Source: a virus
Virus record (IMG/VR): IMGVR_UViG_3300006802_000086
Location: 14,993 to 78,992 of that record
DNA: 64,000 nt
Reading direction: 5' to 3' (one strand)
Under the pieces are notes generated by a model. The model saw only the letters and a list, made by a program, of their open reading frames with translations. It was not told the DNA's origin and ran no database searches. A program made the position numbers and the translations under genes. This document shows positions 38,079-47,733 of the stretch, one piece after another; position 1 is the first letter of the stretch; the number at the start of each line of letters is the position of its first letter.

Positions 38079-38124
38079 TAATATTTATTTTATAGCCATA
38101 GCCAACAAGGAGCGGGAGATGTAC

Positions 38125-38214
38125 ATGAAGCTGTCAAGAATTCAATTACGAAGATTGATTTTTGAAGCTTAAGCTTCAGTAGTCAATGAAGAAGAAGTAA
38201 AAAATGCTAATTAA
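38125..38214 (+). pseudogene. Orphan leader remnant MKLSRIQLRRLIFEA*ASVVNEEE
   Basis: SD GGAG; leader consensus; in-frame TAA at 38170 created by an AAGCTT tandem duplication. Confidence 0.6.
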
Positions 38215-39097
38215 AAAATCTGAATTAAAAAAATTAATTGAAAGCTTTTTAAACGAAGAAGAGGATACACCTAAAAAACCTACAATCGTTGAAAAACCAA
38301 AAACAAAGGCCTTCAATCCTTCAACAAATCCTCAGCAGAATAAAATGTTTTACCCAGTAATGTCTGGAAATCATGAAGGAGGATTTTTAGCAGAAGTTGA
38401 AGGATCTGGCTTCTATATGTTATTAGATGAAGACGAGGTCTCAAGATGGAATAATCCAGATGCAGTAGTTAAAAAAATCGATGCAGTTAAAAGAGCCATA
38501 GAGGCTAACGGCTTTTCCATACCTGAAGCAAAGTTAATCAAACATGTTAATGACGGAAGAGTTGTATTTGCAACAAAACTAGTAGAACCGGTATCATCTG
38601 ACGAAAAAGTAATTTACAAAATATATGACGCAGTTTACGACACTATTTTAGATAGTTCAGCAACAGCACTCGGCTTTGATATTTTAAGCCCTTCACTTCA
38701 ACTATTAAGCAGTGAAATCAATGCAGCGCAAGCAGCAAAAAAAATGTCCCAAGGAAGATTTTTAGATGCCGGAATTGCAGCCATCGCATCATTACCCTAT
38801 TTTGTACCCGGAAAGGTATTAACCCCTCTTAAATCACTAAGTGTAACCAATCAATCTCGAGCGATGAACTTGATTTATAGTTCTCCGGCGATCCAACAAG
38901 CCTTGTGGTCAATTGTTCATTGGCTTCAAGAACACGAAATGCAAATTAGGGAAGTGCTTGAAAAGATAGTGTCTGTATGTGAGTTCACATACGGCGAATT
39001 TAAAGAAGGAGCAGGAATGGCCATTGACTATACATGGCGTCTACTTAAGGCATTTTTTAAAAGCTTGACAAATGAAGAATTTAAACTGCCTAGTTAA
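38204..39097 (+). CDS. Leader-bearing hypothetical protein
   Basis: MLIKKSELKKLIESFLNE; hydrophobic FLDAGIAAIASLP segment. Confidence 0.65.
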   Translation: MLIKKSELKKLIESFLNEEEDTPKKPTIVEKPKTKAFNPSTNPQQNKMFYPVMSGNHEGGFLAEVEGSGFYMLLDEDEVSRWNNPDAVVKKIDAVKRAIEANGFSIPEAKLIKHVNDGRVVFATKLVEPVSSDEKVIYKIYDAVYDTILDSSATALGFDILSPSLQLLSSEINAAQAAKKMSQGRFLDAGIAAIASLPYFVPGKVLTPLKSLSVTNQSRAMNLIYSSPAIQQALWSIVHWLQEHEMQIREVLEKIVSVCEFTYGEFKEGAGMAIDYTWRLLKAFFKSLTNEEFKLPS

Positions 39098-39114
39098 TTA
39101 AACAAGAGTTAAAA

Positions 39115-40038
39115 ATGCTAATTAAAAAATCTGACTTAAAAAAAATAATTAACGTCTACTTAAGAGAACAAGCTTCTATATCCAAAGTCATGGCAAAGCA
39201 AACCACAAAGAAAAATTTACAATCTGATCTTGACCAAGGAACAGTTGAAAGTGTATTAGGACTTCTTGGTGACGCGTCAGAAGTATATGCGGCAATCACA
39301 GATGAAGCAAAAGCAGTTCAATTTTCTGAAAATTTTATTAATGCACTGTATGTTGCTTCTCCGGAAATTGTTGATTTTTTAAGTAATCCTAAGATTAGGA
39401 ATGCCGTCGTCAAATTAAAATCTTTAATAAAATCGTCAACAATTGTTGTAAAGCTTGGTTCACTGACAGTACTGTCTGAAGTATTAGGGTTTTTAATGTT
39501 AGTACTTGCAGTACCTAGAATGGCATATCAAGTTTTAGATAATTTAGCATCTGTTGAAGGTCAATTAGTTAATTTAAAGAAAGCACCTGGCCGGAAAAAT
39601 GAAGGAAAGCCTTTAAAACCTGAAGATCTTTCTGATAAATTTACAACAGGAGGCCTAGCAAAACTAGGAATAAAAACCAAAAATGATCTATTTCTTATTT
39701 TAGCTGCAAACATAATATCTGAAAAAGAAGGACAAAACATCGGATTTAAGATGCTCCAAGATGGGATAATTTCAAATGAATTCTGGGGTGAAATATTAAA
39801 AGCTAGAAAAAAAGTCAAAAGCCGGCCAATTGATGATATGAATGAATTGATTGAAAAAGCAGATAAATTACCAAAAGAAATAAAACACAATGCAATTGTG
39901 CTAGGTTTTGTAACAAATGTTTTAGGCGGATTATTTGCAATCCAATCTGAAAATATTCAGCAGACACTCTCTATAAAAGGATTTTCCCCTGATGATATAA
40001 TTAAGTTTTCTGCGCAAGCATATGATAGCATTAAATAA
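39115..40038 (+). CDS. Leader-bearing hypothetical protein with hydrophobic segments
   Basis: MLIKKSDLKKIINVYLRE; VLSEVLGFLMLVLAVP. Confidence 0.65.
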   Translation: MLIKKSDLKKIINVYLREQASISKVMAKQTTKKNLQSDLDQGTVESVLGLLGDASEVYAAITDEAKAVQFSENFINALYVASPEIVDFLSNPKIRNAVVKLKSLIKSSTIVVKLGSLTVLSEVLGFLMLVLAVPRMAYQVLDNLASVEGQLVNLKKAPGRKNEGKPLKPEDLSDKFTTGGLAKLGIKTKNDLFLILAANIISEKEGQNIGFKMLQDGIISNEFWGEILKARKKVKSRPIDDMNELIEKADKLPKEIKHNAIVLGFVTNVLGGLFAIQSENIQQTLSIKGFSPDDIIKFSAQAYDSIK

Positions 40039-40047
40039 AAGTTAATA

Positions 40048-40076
40048 ATGTAATCTTAAACTTCTTGTGGTATACT
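40048..40076 (+). promoter_or_regulatory. Sigma70-like promoter for dnaE
   Basis: ATGTAA-N17-TATACT with extended -10 TG. Confidence 0.7.
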
Positions 40077-40107
40077 ATAACAAAAATACTACAAGGAGTT
40101 TTAACAT

Positions 40108-43100
40108 ATGGACATTAAATTATTAACACCACCCGATCGATTTGTTGGCTTTCATGGTCATACAGGATTTTCTGTTTTTGACGGTCTAGGTTATCCATCT
40201 GATCATATCGACTTTGTACTTGAAAACGGTATGGATGCTTGGGCACTAACTGATCACGGAAACGGCAGTGGATTAGCACATGCTTATAAACATGCACAAA
40301 AAATCCAAAAGTCTGGTCGCAAATTCCGTCAAATTTACGGTTGTGAATTCTATTTTGTTCCGTCACTTAAAGACTGGAAATCCGACTACGAACAAGCCAA
40401 AGTAGATCGAGCTGCAGCAAAACAAGCTGCACTTAAAGAAGACGAAGAAGGCGGTCATATTATTGAAAACGAAGATGAGACTAAGACTTTGGATTTAGGT
40501 AAAGACGAATGGAAACGACGTTATCATCTGGTTGTTACTGCACAAAACCGCGAAGGTTTAGGTAATTTATTTACCCTGATTAAACGTGCCTATACAGACG
40601 GCTTTTATAGATATCCTCGCATTGACTTTGATCTACTTAAGCAGTATGGAAAGGGTTTGACAGTATCGACAGCTTGCCTAGGTGGCATCTTTTCTAATCG
40701 AATTATGCGTGGTAACGCATTAAACCTCACAGACGAACAAATTCAAAACGAATTATTGTACTTATCTGATCGATTTGTTGATGCTGTGGGCGAAGACAAT
40801 TTCTATTTAGAGGTGCAGTTTAATAGACTTAAGCAACAACATCTCGTAAATCATCATTTATTGCGTCATGCTGATAAAACAGGGCTTCAGCTTATTGCGA
40901 CTCCTGACTCTCATTATTACTCACCGGATAAATGGGAGGCAAGAGAGTTATATAAGAAACTAGGGTGGATGGGTAATGATCCATCACCACTTCCTGAATT
41001 CGAGGATCTTAAGTGTGAACTATATCCTAAAAATGCACAACAAATGTGGGATGAGTTTACTCGACACTATGATGAGTACAAAGAAACATATGAAGGTTAC
41101 GAAGAGGCAATTAAAAAGTCAATTGAAATTACACATGATATTGCATGGGAAAAGTGTGAAGACTGCTGGATTGATACTTCTGTTAAACTTCCCGATTTCA
41201 ATCGACCTGATCAAACAGCTTTCCAACAGCTTGCAGACAAAGTCAAGCATGCAATCGTTAAGGAAGGCCTTCATACAAAAACTGAGTATGTCGAAAGAGC
41301 TAAACACGAATTAGAAGACATTAAATTCTTAGGTTTTGAAAATTATTTTCTAGTGATGAATGAAGTATTTCATAAAGCTGCTGATCATACCTTGTTCGGA
41401 GCAGCACGCGGTTCTGGTGGTGGATCACTTGTAAATTACTTGTTAGGAATCACGCAGGTCGATCCGCTTAAATATGACTTACTTTGGGAACGTTTTCTGG
41501 GTAGACACAGAACTTCATGGCCAGATATTGACTCCGATGCAGGTGATCGTGATGCACTAATCAATGCAGCGCGTGAGTTATACGGTGATGAGGCTGTTAT
41601 TCCAGTGTCTAACTTTAACACACTTAAGCTTAAATCCTTAGTAAAAGACATTGCCAAGTTTTACGGTGTCGATTTTGGTGAAGTCAATAAAATGACAGGA
41701 CCTCTCCAAGATGAAGTCATGGCACAAGCACGAGATGAAAACACAGAAAAGTCTGTGTTTGTTCTTAAACACGCAGACTGTATGGAATATTCAAAAGGTT
41801 ACCGCTCTTTTATGGAAAAATATCCAAAAGTAAAGGATCATATTGAATCCCTCTTTATGCAAAACAGATCGATTGGTCGACATGCCGGTGGAGTTATTAT
41901 CGGCCCACCAGAAGACTTAGAACAATCAATGCCAATTATTGGTGTTCGCGGTGAACTACAAACACCTTGGACAGAAGGTATGAACTTTCGAAATCTTGAA
42001 GACAATGGGTTTATTAAGTTTGACTTTCTTGGACTTACACTTCTAAAAGATGTTGAAAACTGCATCCGACGAATTCTTACACGTGAGCGAGGCGAAGAAC
42101 CTACGTTTCTAGAAATCCGCGATTGGTTTGACAAACATCTGAACTGTCGATATGTTGATCAGGACGACGATGCAGTTTGGAAACATGTCTATCATCAACG
42201 TCGAAAGGTAGGTGTATTTCAGTTCACTGCTGAAGGTGCACGCCGATTTTGTGAAGATGCAAAACCAACAAACATTGAAGAGCTGGCCGCACTAACAGCA
42301 ATTTATCGACCCGGGCCTCTTCGTGCCAACGTTCATAAAAAGTATGTCAAAGATAAGATGAATTCAGATGAAATTCATTATGCACACCCAATCATTCAGG
42401 AAATTCTCGGCCCAACTTTTGGACATGTAACATTCCAAGAGCAGTTCATGCTTCTCGCACAAAAGCTAGGCGGGTTTACACCAGCTGAGTCAGATAAGCT
42501 TCGAAAGACCCTGGTAAAGAAATCCTTGGATACAATGGGTAAGAAAGGAGATGAACGTGAAGCAGCTAGAGTTAAATTTGTGACCGGTGCGAAAGAAATC
42601 AATGGCGTACCAGAACATATCTCCCAAGAGCTATGGGAACGGATTGAATTTTTCTCAGTTTACGGCTTTAATAAATCTCACGCTATTGCCTATGCAATTG
42701 GGTCTTATTATGCAGCGTGGCTTCACACATACTATGAAACTGATTGGTTAGGTACAATTCTTCAGTCTGAAAACAATAACCCAAATGCTTTATCAAAAGC
42801 AATTGCCGAGATTAAAGAAATGGGCTATCGCATTGAACTACCAGATGTTAATGAATCAGGTACGTATTGGCAATGGTCAGATCGAAAGCAAGCATTTATC
42901 CCACCTTTAACATCAATTAAAGGCGTAGGAAAAACTGCAGTTGTTGAAATTATGGAAAATAGACCGTATGAGTCAGTTGACGATATGTTGTTTGATAGGG
43001 AAGGGAAGTGGCGTCATTCTAAACTTAATAAAACTGGATTTGCATCACTGTGCAAAGTAGAAGCATTTAACGGATTACGTGAAATGTGGGACGGTACAAT

Positions 43101-43626
43101 TGACAACCACAATCAACTATATAATATTATTATTGAAAATTATAACACACTAAAGAAAAGTCGATGGGGTATGACAACCAGAAAAGCAAAGAAAGAAAAT
43201 GCGCCTGAATATCTTCCTCTGCTTATCGAACAAACAAAAGACACAGAAGACTGGAGTCGTATTGAAAAGTTAAATGCATATCAAGAGTTATGTTCAGCAA
43301 CACGTGATGATTTGGCATTTCCTGACGATATGATGGAAAAAATTAGAAGTGCCGGTGTAAAGTCTGTTTTAAACATGCTACCTGGAGAGAAATGTGTTGC
43401 TTGGTGCTGCATTGTTGATATGATACAAAAGAAAACTAAAAATCAAAAAGTATTTTATCGACTTAAAATTACAGATTATGAAAATAATACAGGGTGGCTT
43501 CGTATGTGGGGTGACAAACCTGAAGAAATGGAACCTTATTCTATCTGGCTTGTTGAGGCACATAATGACCCTAGTTGGGGTGCTAGCACAAGTGTAAGAA
43601 AAATCAGACCTTTAGTTGTTGACTAA
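40108..43626 (+). CDS. dnaE: DNA polymerase III alpha subunit (family C)
   Basis: PHP domain HGHTGFSVFDG, ALTDHG, GCEFY; ARGSGGGSL, PDIDSD, RHAGG, KFDFLGL, YRPGP, YGFNKSHA. Confidence 0.95.
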   Translation: MDIKLLTPPDRFVGFHGHTGFSVFDGLGYPSDHIDFVLENGMDAWALTDHGNGSGLAHAYKHAQKIQKSGRKFRQIYGCEFYFVPSLKDWKSDYEQAKVDRAAAKQAALKEDEEGGHIIENEDETKTLDLGKDEWKRRYHLVVTAQNREGLGNLFTLIKRAYTDGFYRYPRIDFDLLKQYGKGLTVSTACLGGIFSNRIMRGNALNLTDEQIQNELLYLSDRFVDAVGEDNFYLEVQFNRLKQQHLVNHHLLRHADKTGLQLIATPDSHYYSPDKWEARELYKKLGWMGNDPSPLPEFEDLKCELYPKNAQQMWDEFTRHYDEYKETYEGYEEAIKKSIEITHDIAWEKCEDCWIDTSVKLPDFNRPDQTAFQQLADKVKHAIVKEGLHTKTEYVERAKHELEDIKFLGFENYFLVMNEVFHKAADHTLFGAARGSGGGSLVNYLLGITQVDPLKYDLLWERFLGRHRTSWPDIDSDAGDRDALINAARELYGDEAVIPVSNFNTLKLKSLVKDIAKFYGVDFGEVNKMTGPLQDEVMAQARDENTEKSVFVLKHADCMEYSKGYRSFMEKYPKVKDHIESLFMQNRSIGRHAGGVIIGPPEDLEQSMPIIGVRGELQTPWTEGMNFRNLEDNGFIKFDFLGLTLLKDVENCIRRILTRERGEEPTFLEIRDWFDKHLNCRYVDQDDDAVWKHVYHQRRKVGVFQFTAEGARRFCEDAKPTNIEELAALTAIYRPGPLRANVHKKYVKDKMNSDEIHYAHPIIQEILGPTFGHVTFQEQFMLLAQKLGGFTPAESDKLRKTLVKKSLDTMGKKGDEREAARVKFVTGAKEINGVPEHISQELWERIEFFSVYGFNKSHAIAYAIGSYYAAWLHTYYETDWLGTILQSENNNPNALSKAIAEIKEMGYRIELPDVNESGTYWQWSDRKQAFIPPLTSIKGVGKTAVVEIMENRPYESVDDMLFDREGKWRHSKLNKTGFASLCKVEAFNGLREMWDGTIDNHNQLYNIIIENYNTLKKSRWGMTTRKAKKENAPEYLPLLIEQTKDTEDWSRIEKLNAYQELCSATRDDLAFPDDMMEKIRSAGVKSVLNMLPGEKCVAWCCIVDMIQKKTKNQKVFYRLKITDYENNTGWLRMWGDKPEEMEPYSIWLVEAHNDPSWGASTSVRKIRPLVVD

Positions 43627-43662
43627 ATACATATATATGCATGCATTACTTATGAGGTGTCT

Positions 43663-44208
43663 ATGAAGATTACAAGAATGGAATTAAGAAGACTAATTCA
43701 AGAGTCTTTAAGCATGAACGAAAGTTTGTCACTAATCATTAGCGGCGTTTTGGCTGCCCCTGTGCTTTTAGAAGGGCTAGCCCACATAATAGAAAAAGCA
43801 GGGAAAAAGTTTGGAAGAGAAAAGGCCGAGCTCAAAGCAGAAAATCTCGAGCACTTTGCTCATAAAGTACACGGTGTGTATGAAGCACCGATTAAATTTT
43901 TAATTAAAAAGTCAGCAAAAGCTGCAAAAAAAGAGATATCAGAAGAAAAAGTACAAAAATATACTGATATTATTTTTGGTATTATTATTGCATGCTTAAT
44001 GGCTAGCGCAGGTTTATCAATACTAGAACACGCTAAACACTTAGGACCGCATGCTGAACTAGTAACTACAGGAATGTTAGCTCTAGAATCTGCTGATATT
44101 GTTGTCGAAGGAGTTGAATTATCACAAATTATTTCTCGTCTCAAAAATCCGGCGAGTCATGAAAAATTAGCAGCAGCTATTGAAGAGCATTCAAAATCAC
44201 ATCATTAA
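43663..44208 (+). CDS. Leader-bearing membrane-type protein
   Basis: MKITRMELRRLIQESLSMNE; hydrophobic helices; His-rich. Confidence 0.65.
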   Translation: MKITRMELRRLIQESLSMNESLSLIISGVLAAPVLLEGLAHIIEKAGKKFGREKAELKAENLEHFAHKVHGVYEAPIKFLIKKSAKAAKKEISEEKVQKYTDIIFGIIIACLMASAGLSILEHAKHLGPHAELVTTGMLALESADIVVEGVELSQIISRLKNPASHEKLAAAIEEHSKSHH

Positions 44209-44235
44209 AGCTTTGAAAGCAATAAGAGACCGGCG

Positions 44236-46581
44236 ATGAAAATAACACGTAGACAGTTAAGTACATTGATAGAAAATTACTTAAAGCAAGATAATATACT
44301 TTTTGAAATAAAAAAGAAATCATTTAATCAGTTTATAGCAAGAGGTTTAATGACCCAGCAAGAATTTGATATATACGTTTTTCGAAATGACTGGGTTGCG
44401 CCTTTTACTGATCCTGTAATACGCAAAGTTCTCTTCAATACATTGAACGCTGATGAAGGGCATAGTGTTAGAGAAATTGCTGAGCGTGGTCAAGAGTTTT
44501 TGGAAAGAATTGTTGATCTTGCCAGAACACCTGACCCGGACAACCCAGGTCAAAATATGCTCAAGTCCACACGCGTAAGAGGTACTTCAGGAGTTAATCC
44601 TAATGATATCATAGATATAAATAGCAAGATAGATGTTGACAACCCTGACAATACAGCAGCAACTTATAATGATATGTCAAGCTACTTAGAGAACCGATCT
44701 GGTATTGCTAAGAGAGCTGACGTGCTAACAAACGCAATTCAGGCAGGATTTGACGGCACTGATACATCTAATTTTGAAGTAATTTCTGCACCGGGAAGCC
44801 CTTATGTTGTGACTTATCCTAAAACCTATAAAGGATCGATAGCTGTTGCACGTATGGGCCCAGACTTTCAGTATTACGATCCGAACACCTCTGCAGGTCG
44901 ACAAGTGATTGGAAAAATGACATGGTGTACATCAGTTGATAGTGCAGGAAACATGTTCTTAAATTATCACCGCGCACAAAATCTGCACATGTACTACTTA
45001 GTCAAAGTTAAAGACTATAACCCTACTAGCCCAGATAGAAAACTTTGCTTAAGTTTTGCCAAGACAGACTCCGGAGACGTAATATATCGAACCGGGCACT
45101 CATCTGTCGACGGAGATAACAAAGCACTAAGTGAGAAAGACGCAAAAGAATACATTGGCAAGTCATTGTTCGAAACAATTGTCAATGATGTCAAAAGACC
45201 AGAAAGATTAGTAATCAATCCTGTAAAATACTACAAGTCAATAAATTTAGAGCAATATATTGACATGAGAAACGCACATCAGAATGAACAAGATACAAAG
45301 CTTTTTGCTAAAGAAGCTGAACAAATTGCAAAATATACAGAAAATAATGACATTATAAAAGCAATCCTAGGTGATAACAATCCAATTGTTTCAGGAGTTG
45401 CTTATCCTTATATAAAGGACAGTAAAGTCTTTGACTCAATTATAGAAAAAAGCAATGGAAACATAGATGTTTTTATTAACCTCTTTAAGGCAAAAGCACT
45501 ACAACCTCAGCATATCAAGAAAATTTATATGACGTCTAGGCAAGGAGGAAAAGTTGATCCTGACATTATGGTATATGCTACAGAGCACGCATCAACGCCC
45601 CTCGATGTATTGAATTTAGTTTTTGATGATGCGCTAAATGATCGGTTAATTCCAAAAGAGTCTGGTTTTAAAACGTATAATTCACTCTTTGTAATATGTC
45701 AATTAGTTAGGAGTAAAAATGCTTCATCTGATTTACTTAGAAAAGTGTATGCATATTTAGACAAAAATAGAAATATTGATTATACTAACAGCTATATTCC
45801 ATTAATCGCTAGCCATCCAAACACACCTCCTGATTTAATTGCAAAAGAAATCGAAGGTCTAGTAACACCCTCAAGCAATCCTTTGTCAGCACACTCCGGA
45901 ACATCATCGTCAGGTCATAGTAGGACAGATGCCGCGATGATGATAAGAAGAATCATCAGTGGTATTAGCAATGAAATGTTTGAAGCAATTGGTGAAAAAA
46001 CATTTAAAAATATATTAGACTATTTTGTCATACAAGATTTTGCAAATTATCAACCGTTAGCTATAGCAAATCGATTTACAGAAAACCATAGATTGTCCTT
46101 GGAATATGCGCTAAAAATGTTTGAATATGCAATGTTTAAAGAAAACGAGCCTAAACCTCGAGGCAAAGAAAGTTTAACCTTAAAATGGGCAGATCTAGCA
46201 ACTGCATTTGCTGAGAATCTATCAATGTACGTTTATCCTGTAAGCATTTATATTGATGAAAATCCACATTACAATGATTACATGATGGAAGTTGCAATGC
46301 CTCTCTCTGAACAAGACTTAAATGGTACAACAGAGATACATGGTCTTTTAAATGGATTTTATGGACAATCTCATACAATACAGCTCCAAAAGTCAATAGA
46401 AGAATATATTCAAAAATATAGCGAACAGCCTGAAAACGATAATCCTGACTATAATATCTATGCACAACAGTTGTTGAAAATAGTGAAAGAAATAAATAGA
46501 AAAAAGCAGGAGTATGCTCAATATTCTCGAAGAACAGGGTTCCAATTCCCTAGCAAGTATAGCAATATGTTTGAATATTAA
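44236..46581 (+). CDS. Leader-bearing protein with TxWCT domain and LRV/HEAT-like repeats
   Basis: MKITRRQLSTLIENYL; PKTYKGS...MTWCTS...NMFLNY; IASHPNTPPDLI and HASTPLDVL repeats. Confidence 0.65.
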   Translation: MKITRRQLSTLIENYLKQDNILFEIKKKSFNQFIARGLMTQQEFDIYVFRNDWVAPFTDPVIRKVLFNTLNADEGHSVREIAERGQEFLERIVDLARTPDPDNPGQNMLKSTRVRGTSGVNPNDIIDINSKIDVDNPDNTAATYNDMSSYLENRSGIAKRADVLTNAIQAGFDGTDTSNFEVISAPGSPYVVTYPKTYKGSIAVARMGPDFQYYDPNTSAGRQVIGKMTWCTSVDSAGNMFLNYHRAQNLHMYYLVKVKDYNPTSPDRKLCLSFAKTDSGDVIYRTGHSSVDGDNKALSEKDAKEYIGKSLFETIVNDVKRPERLVINPVKYYKSINLEQYIDMRNAHQNEQDTKLFAKEAEQIAKYTENNDIIKAILGDNNPIVSGVAYPYIKDSKVFDSIIEKSNGNIDVFINLFKAKALQPQHIKKIYMTSRQGGKVDPDIMVYATEHASTPLDVLNLVFDDALNDRLIPKESGFKTYNSLFVICQLVRSKNASSDLLRKVYAYLDKNRNIDYTNSYIPLIASHPNTPPDLIAKEIEGLVTPSSNPLSAHSGTSSSGHSRTDAAMMIRRIISGISNEMFEAIGEKTFKNILDYFVIQDFANYQPLAIANRFTENHRLSLEYALKMFEYAMFKENEPKPRGKESLTLKWADLATAFAENLSMYVYPVSIYIDENPHYNDYMMEVAMPLSEQDLNGTTEIHGLLNGFYGQSHTIQLQKSIEEYIQKYSEQPENDNPDYNIYAQQLLKIVKEINRKKQEYAQYSRRTGFQFPSKYSNMFEY

Positions 46582-46582
46582 A

Positions 46583-46611
46583 ATGTAATTAGTGCAATAG
46601 TTTAATATAAT
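46583..46611 (+). promoter_or_regulatory. Sigma70-like promoter
   Basis: ATGTAA-N17-TATAAT. Confidence 0.65.
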
Positions 46612-46632
46612 ATTACCAAAAGAGGTAATACT

Positions 46633-47544
46633 ATGTCATACACTACACCAATAAACTATATTTTTATTGAAGGGCCTGACTGCAGTGGGAAAACAACACT
46701 TTATGAAATGATCCACAAAGAGTCAGGTTATCAATGGAATATTCAAGATCGATCAGCGTTATCAATGTTAATCCATGCCCGATATTATGGTCGTGATACA
46801 TTTAATCATGTTGAACAGTTAAAAAAAGAGCTATACAACATTAACAATCAGTTGGTTATATGTCTACCGGATTGGAAAGTGATTGTTGAACGATTTCAAA
46901 AACGCGGCGACCCTATTCAAAATATTACTAGCCTTCGCAAAATCTATGAACTGTTTGAAGAGGCAGTACAAGAGTTTCAAAACTATGCAAACGTAACAGT
47001 TATTAGACATGAAGTAAATAAGCACACAGTAAAAGATTTAGTTACATGGTTTAAATATTTTGAAAGACGTTCTTTGAGTGAGTTGCAAACTTATGTATTA
47101 CAAACAGTTGCAGCAAGTGGTAAAAAAGAAGCTTTAGGTTTTAATTTTGTTCATTATGACACCGGTGATTTTAATGATATTAATAAACAGATGTTATTGT
47201 ATGATAAAGAAAAAGATTATTATCAAAAAATTGAGACTGCAGTTTTTGACAAGATTAAATCAGAAATGAAAGGAGAAAACGAATATGAAAGACCGGAAGA
47301 ATTGGACTCGAGAAGATTTATTTATACTGATGATTCTTGTATTAGTCTTGCTCATTTTTTAGTTCGTGACGGTTATATGGATGCTAAATTCTTTTTGCGA
47401 TCATCAAATGTTAAAGATACATTGCGATATGATTTAAATTTTGTTAAACACTTGTCAGGCGAGGTTTTTCGTTATTTCAAATGCGATAGACAAGGTGACT
47501 ATTGCAAAATTGAAGTTGTCATTAATTCAGGACATGTAATATAA
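46633..47544 (+). CDS. dNMP (thymidylate-type) kinase fused to a thymidylate synthase/dCMP hydroxymethylase-like domain
   Basis: IEGPDCSGKTT P-loop, QDRS; C-half DSRRF...SCIS..HF.VRDG...LRSSNVKDTLRYD...SGHV. Confidence 0.7.
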   Translation: MSYTTPINYIFIEGPDCSGKTTLYEMIHKESGYQWNIQDRSALSMLIHARYYGRDTFNHVEQLKKELYNINNQLVICLPDWKVIVERFQKRGDPIQNITSLRKIYELFEEAVQEFQNYANVTVIRHEVNKHTVKDLVTWFKYFERRSLSELQTYVLQTVAASGKKEALGFNFVHYDTGDFNDINKQMLLYDKEKDYYQKIETAVFDKIKSEMKGENEYERPEELDSRRFIYTDDSCISLAHFLVRDGYMDAKFFLRSSNVKDTLRYDLNFVKHLSGEVFRYFKCDRQGDYCKIEVVINSGHVI

Positions 47545-47556
47545 AAAAGGAGAGAG

Positions 47557-47730
47557 ATGATTAAAACGTTAATGCTAACAGCCATGTTAGCCAATCCACA
47601 AGTTGAAGAAATTCGACCAGACAATGAAAAGAAAATTAAAACAATTGCAATTTCTGCAACTTTTATTATTGTTGTAAACTTACTGGCATATTCACCAATC
47701 ATTGCAGCAAACATTAACAAAGGAGAATAA
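47557..47730 (+). CDS. Small membrane/secreted protein (57 aa, not in ORF track)
   Basis: SD AAGGAG; MIKTLMLTAMLA... with hydrophobic IAISATFIIVVNLLAY; fills the gap between genes. Confidence 0.6.
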   Translation: MIKTLMLTAMLANPQVEEIRPDNEKKIKTIAISATFIIVVNLLAYSPIIAANINKGE

Positions 47731-47733
47731 TAA

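Noticed and set aside
38400-38600. Kinase-like (HipA/PI3K) N-lobe resemblance in ORF 38204
   Set aside because: No catalytic loop or DFG-like motif follows.
40108-43626. Inteins or introns in dnaE, nrdJ, recA or the helicase
   Set aside because: Lengths are normal and no intein splice or LAGLIDADG motifs are visible.
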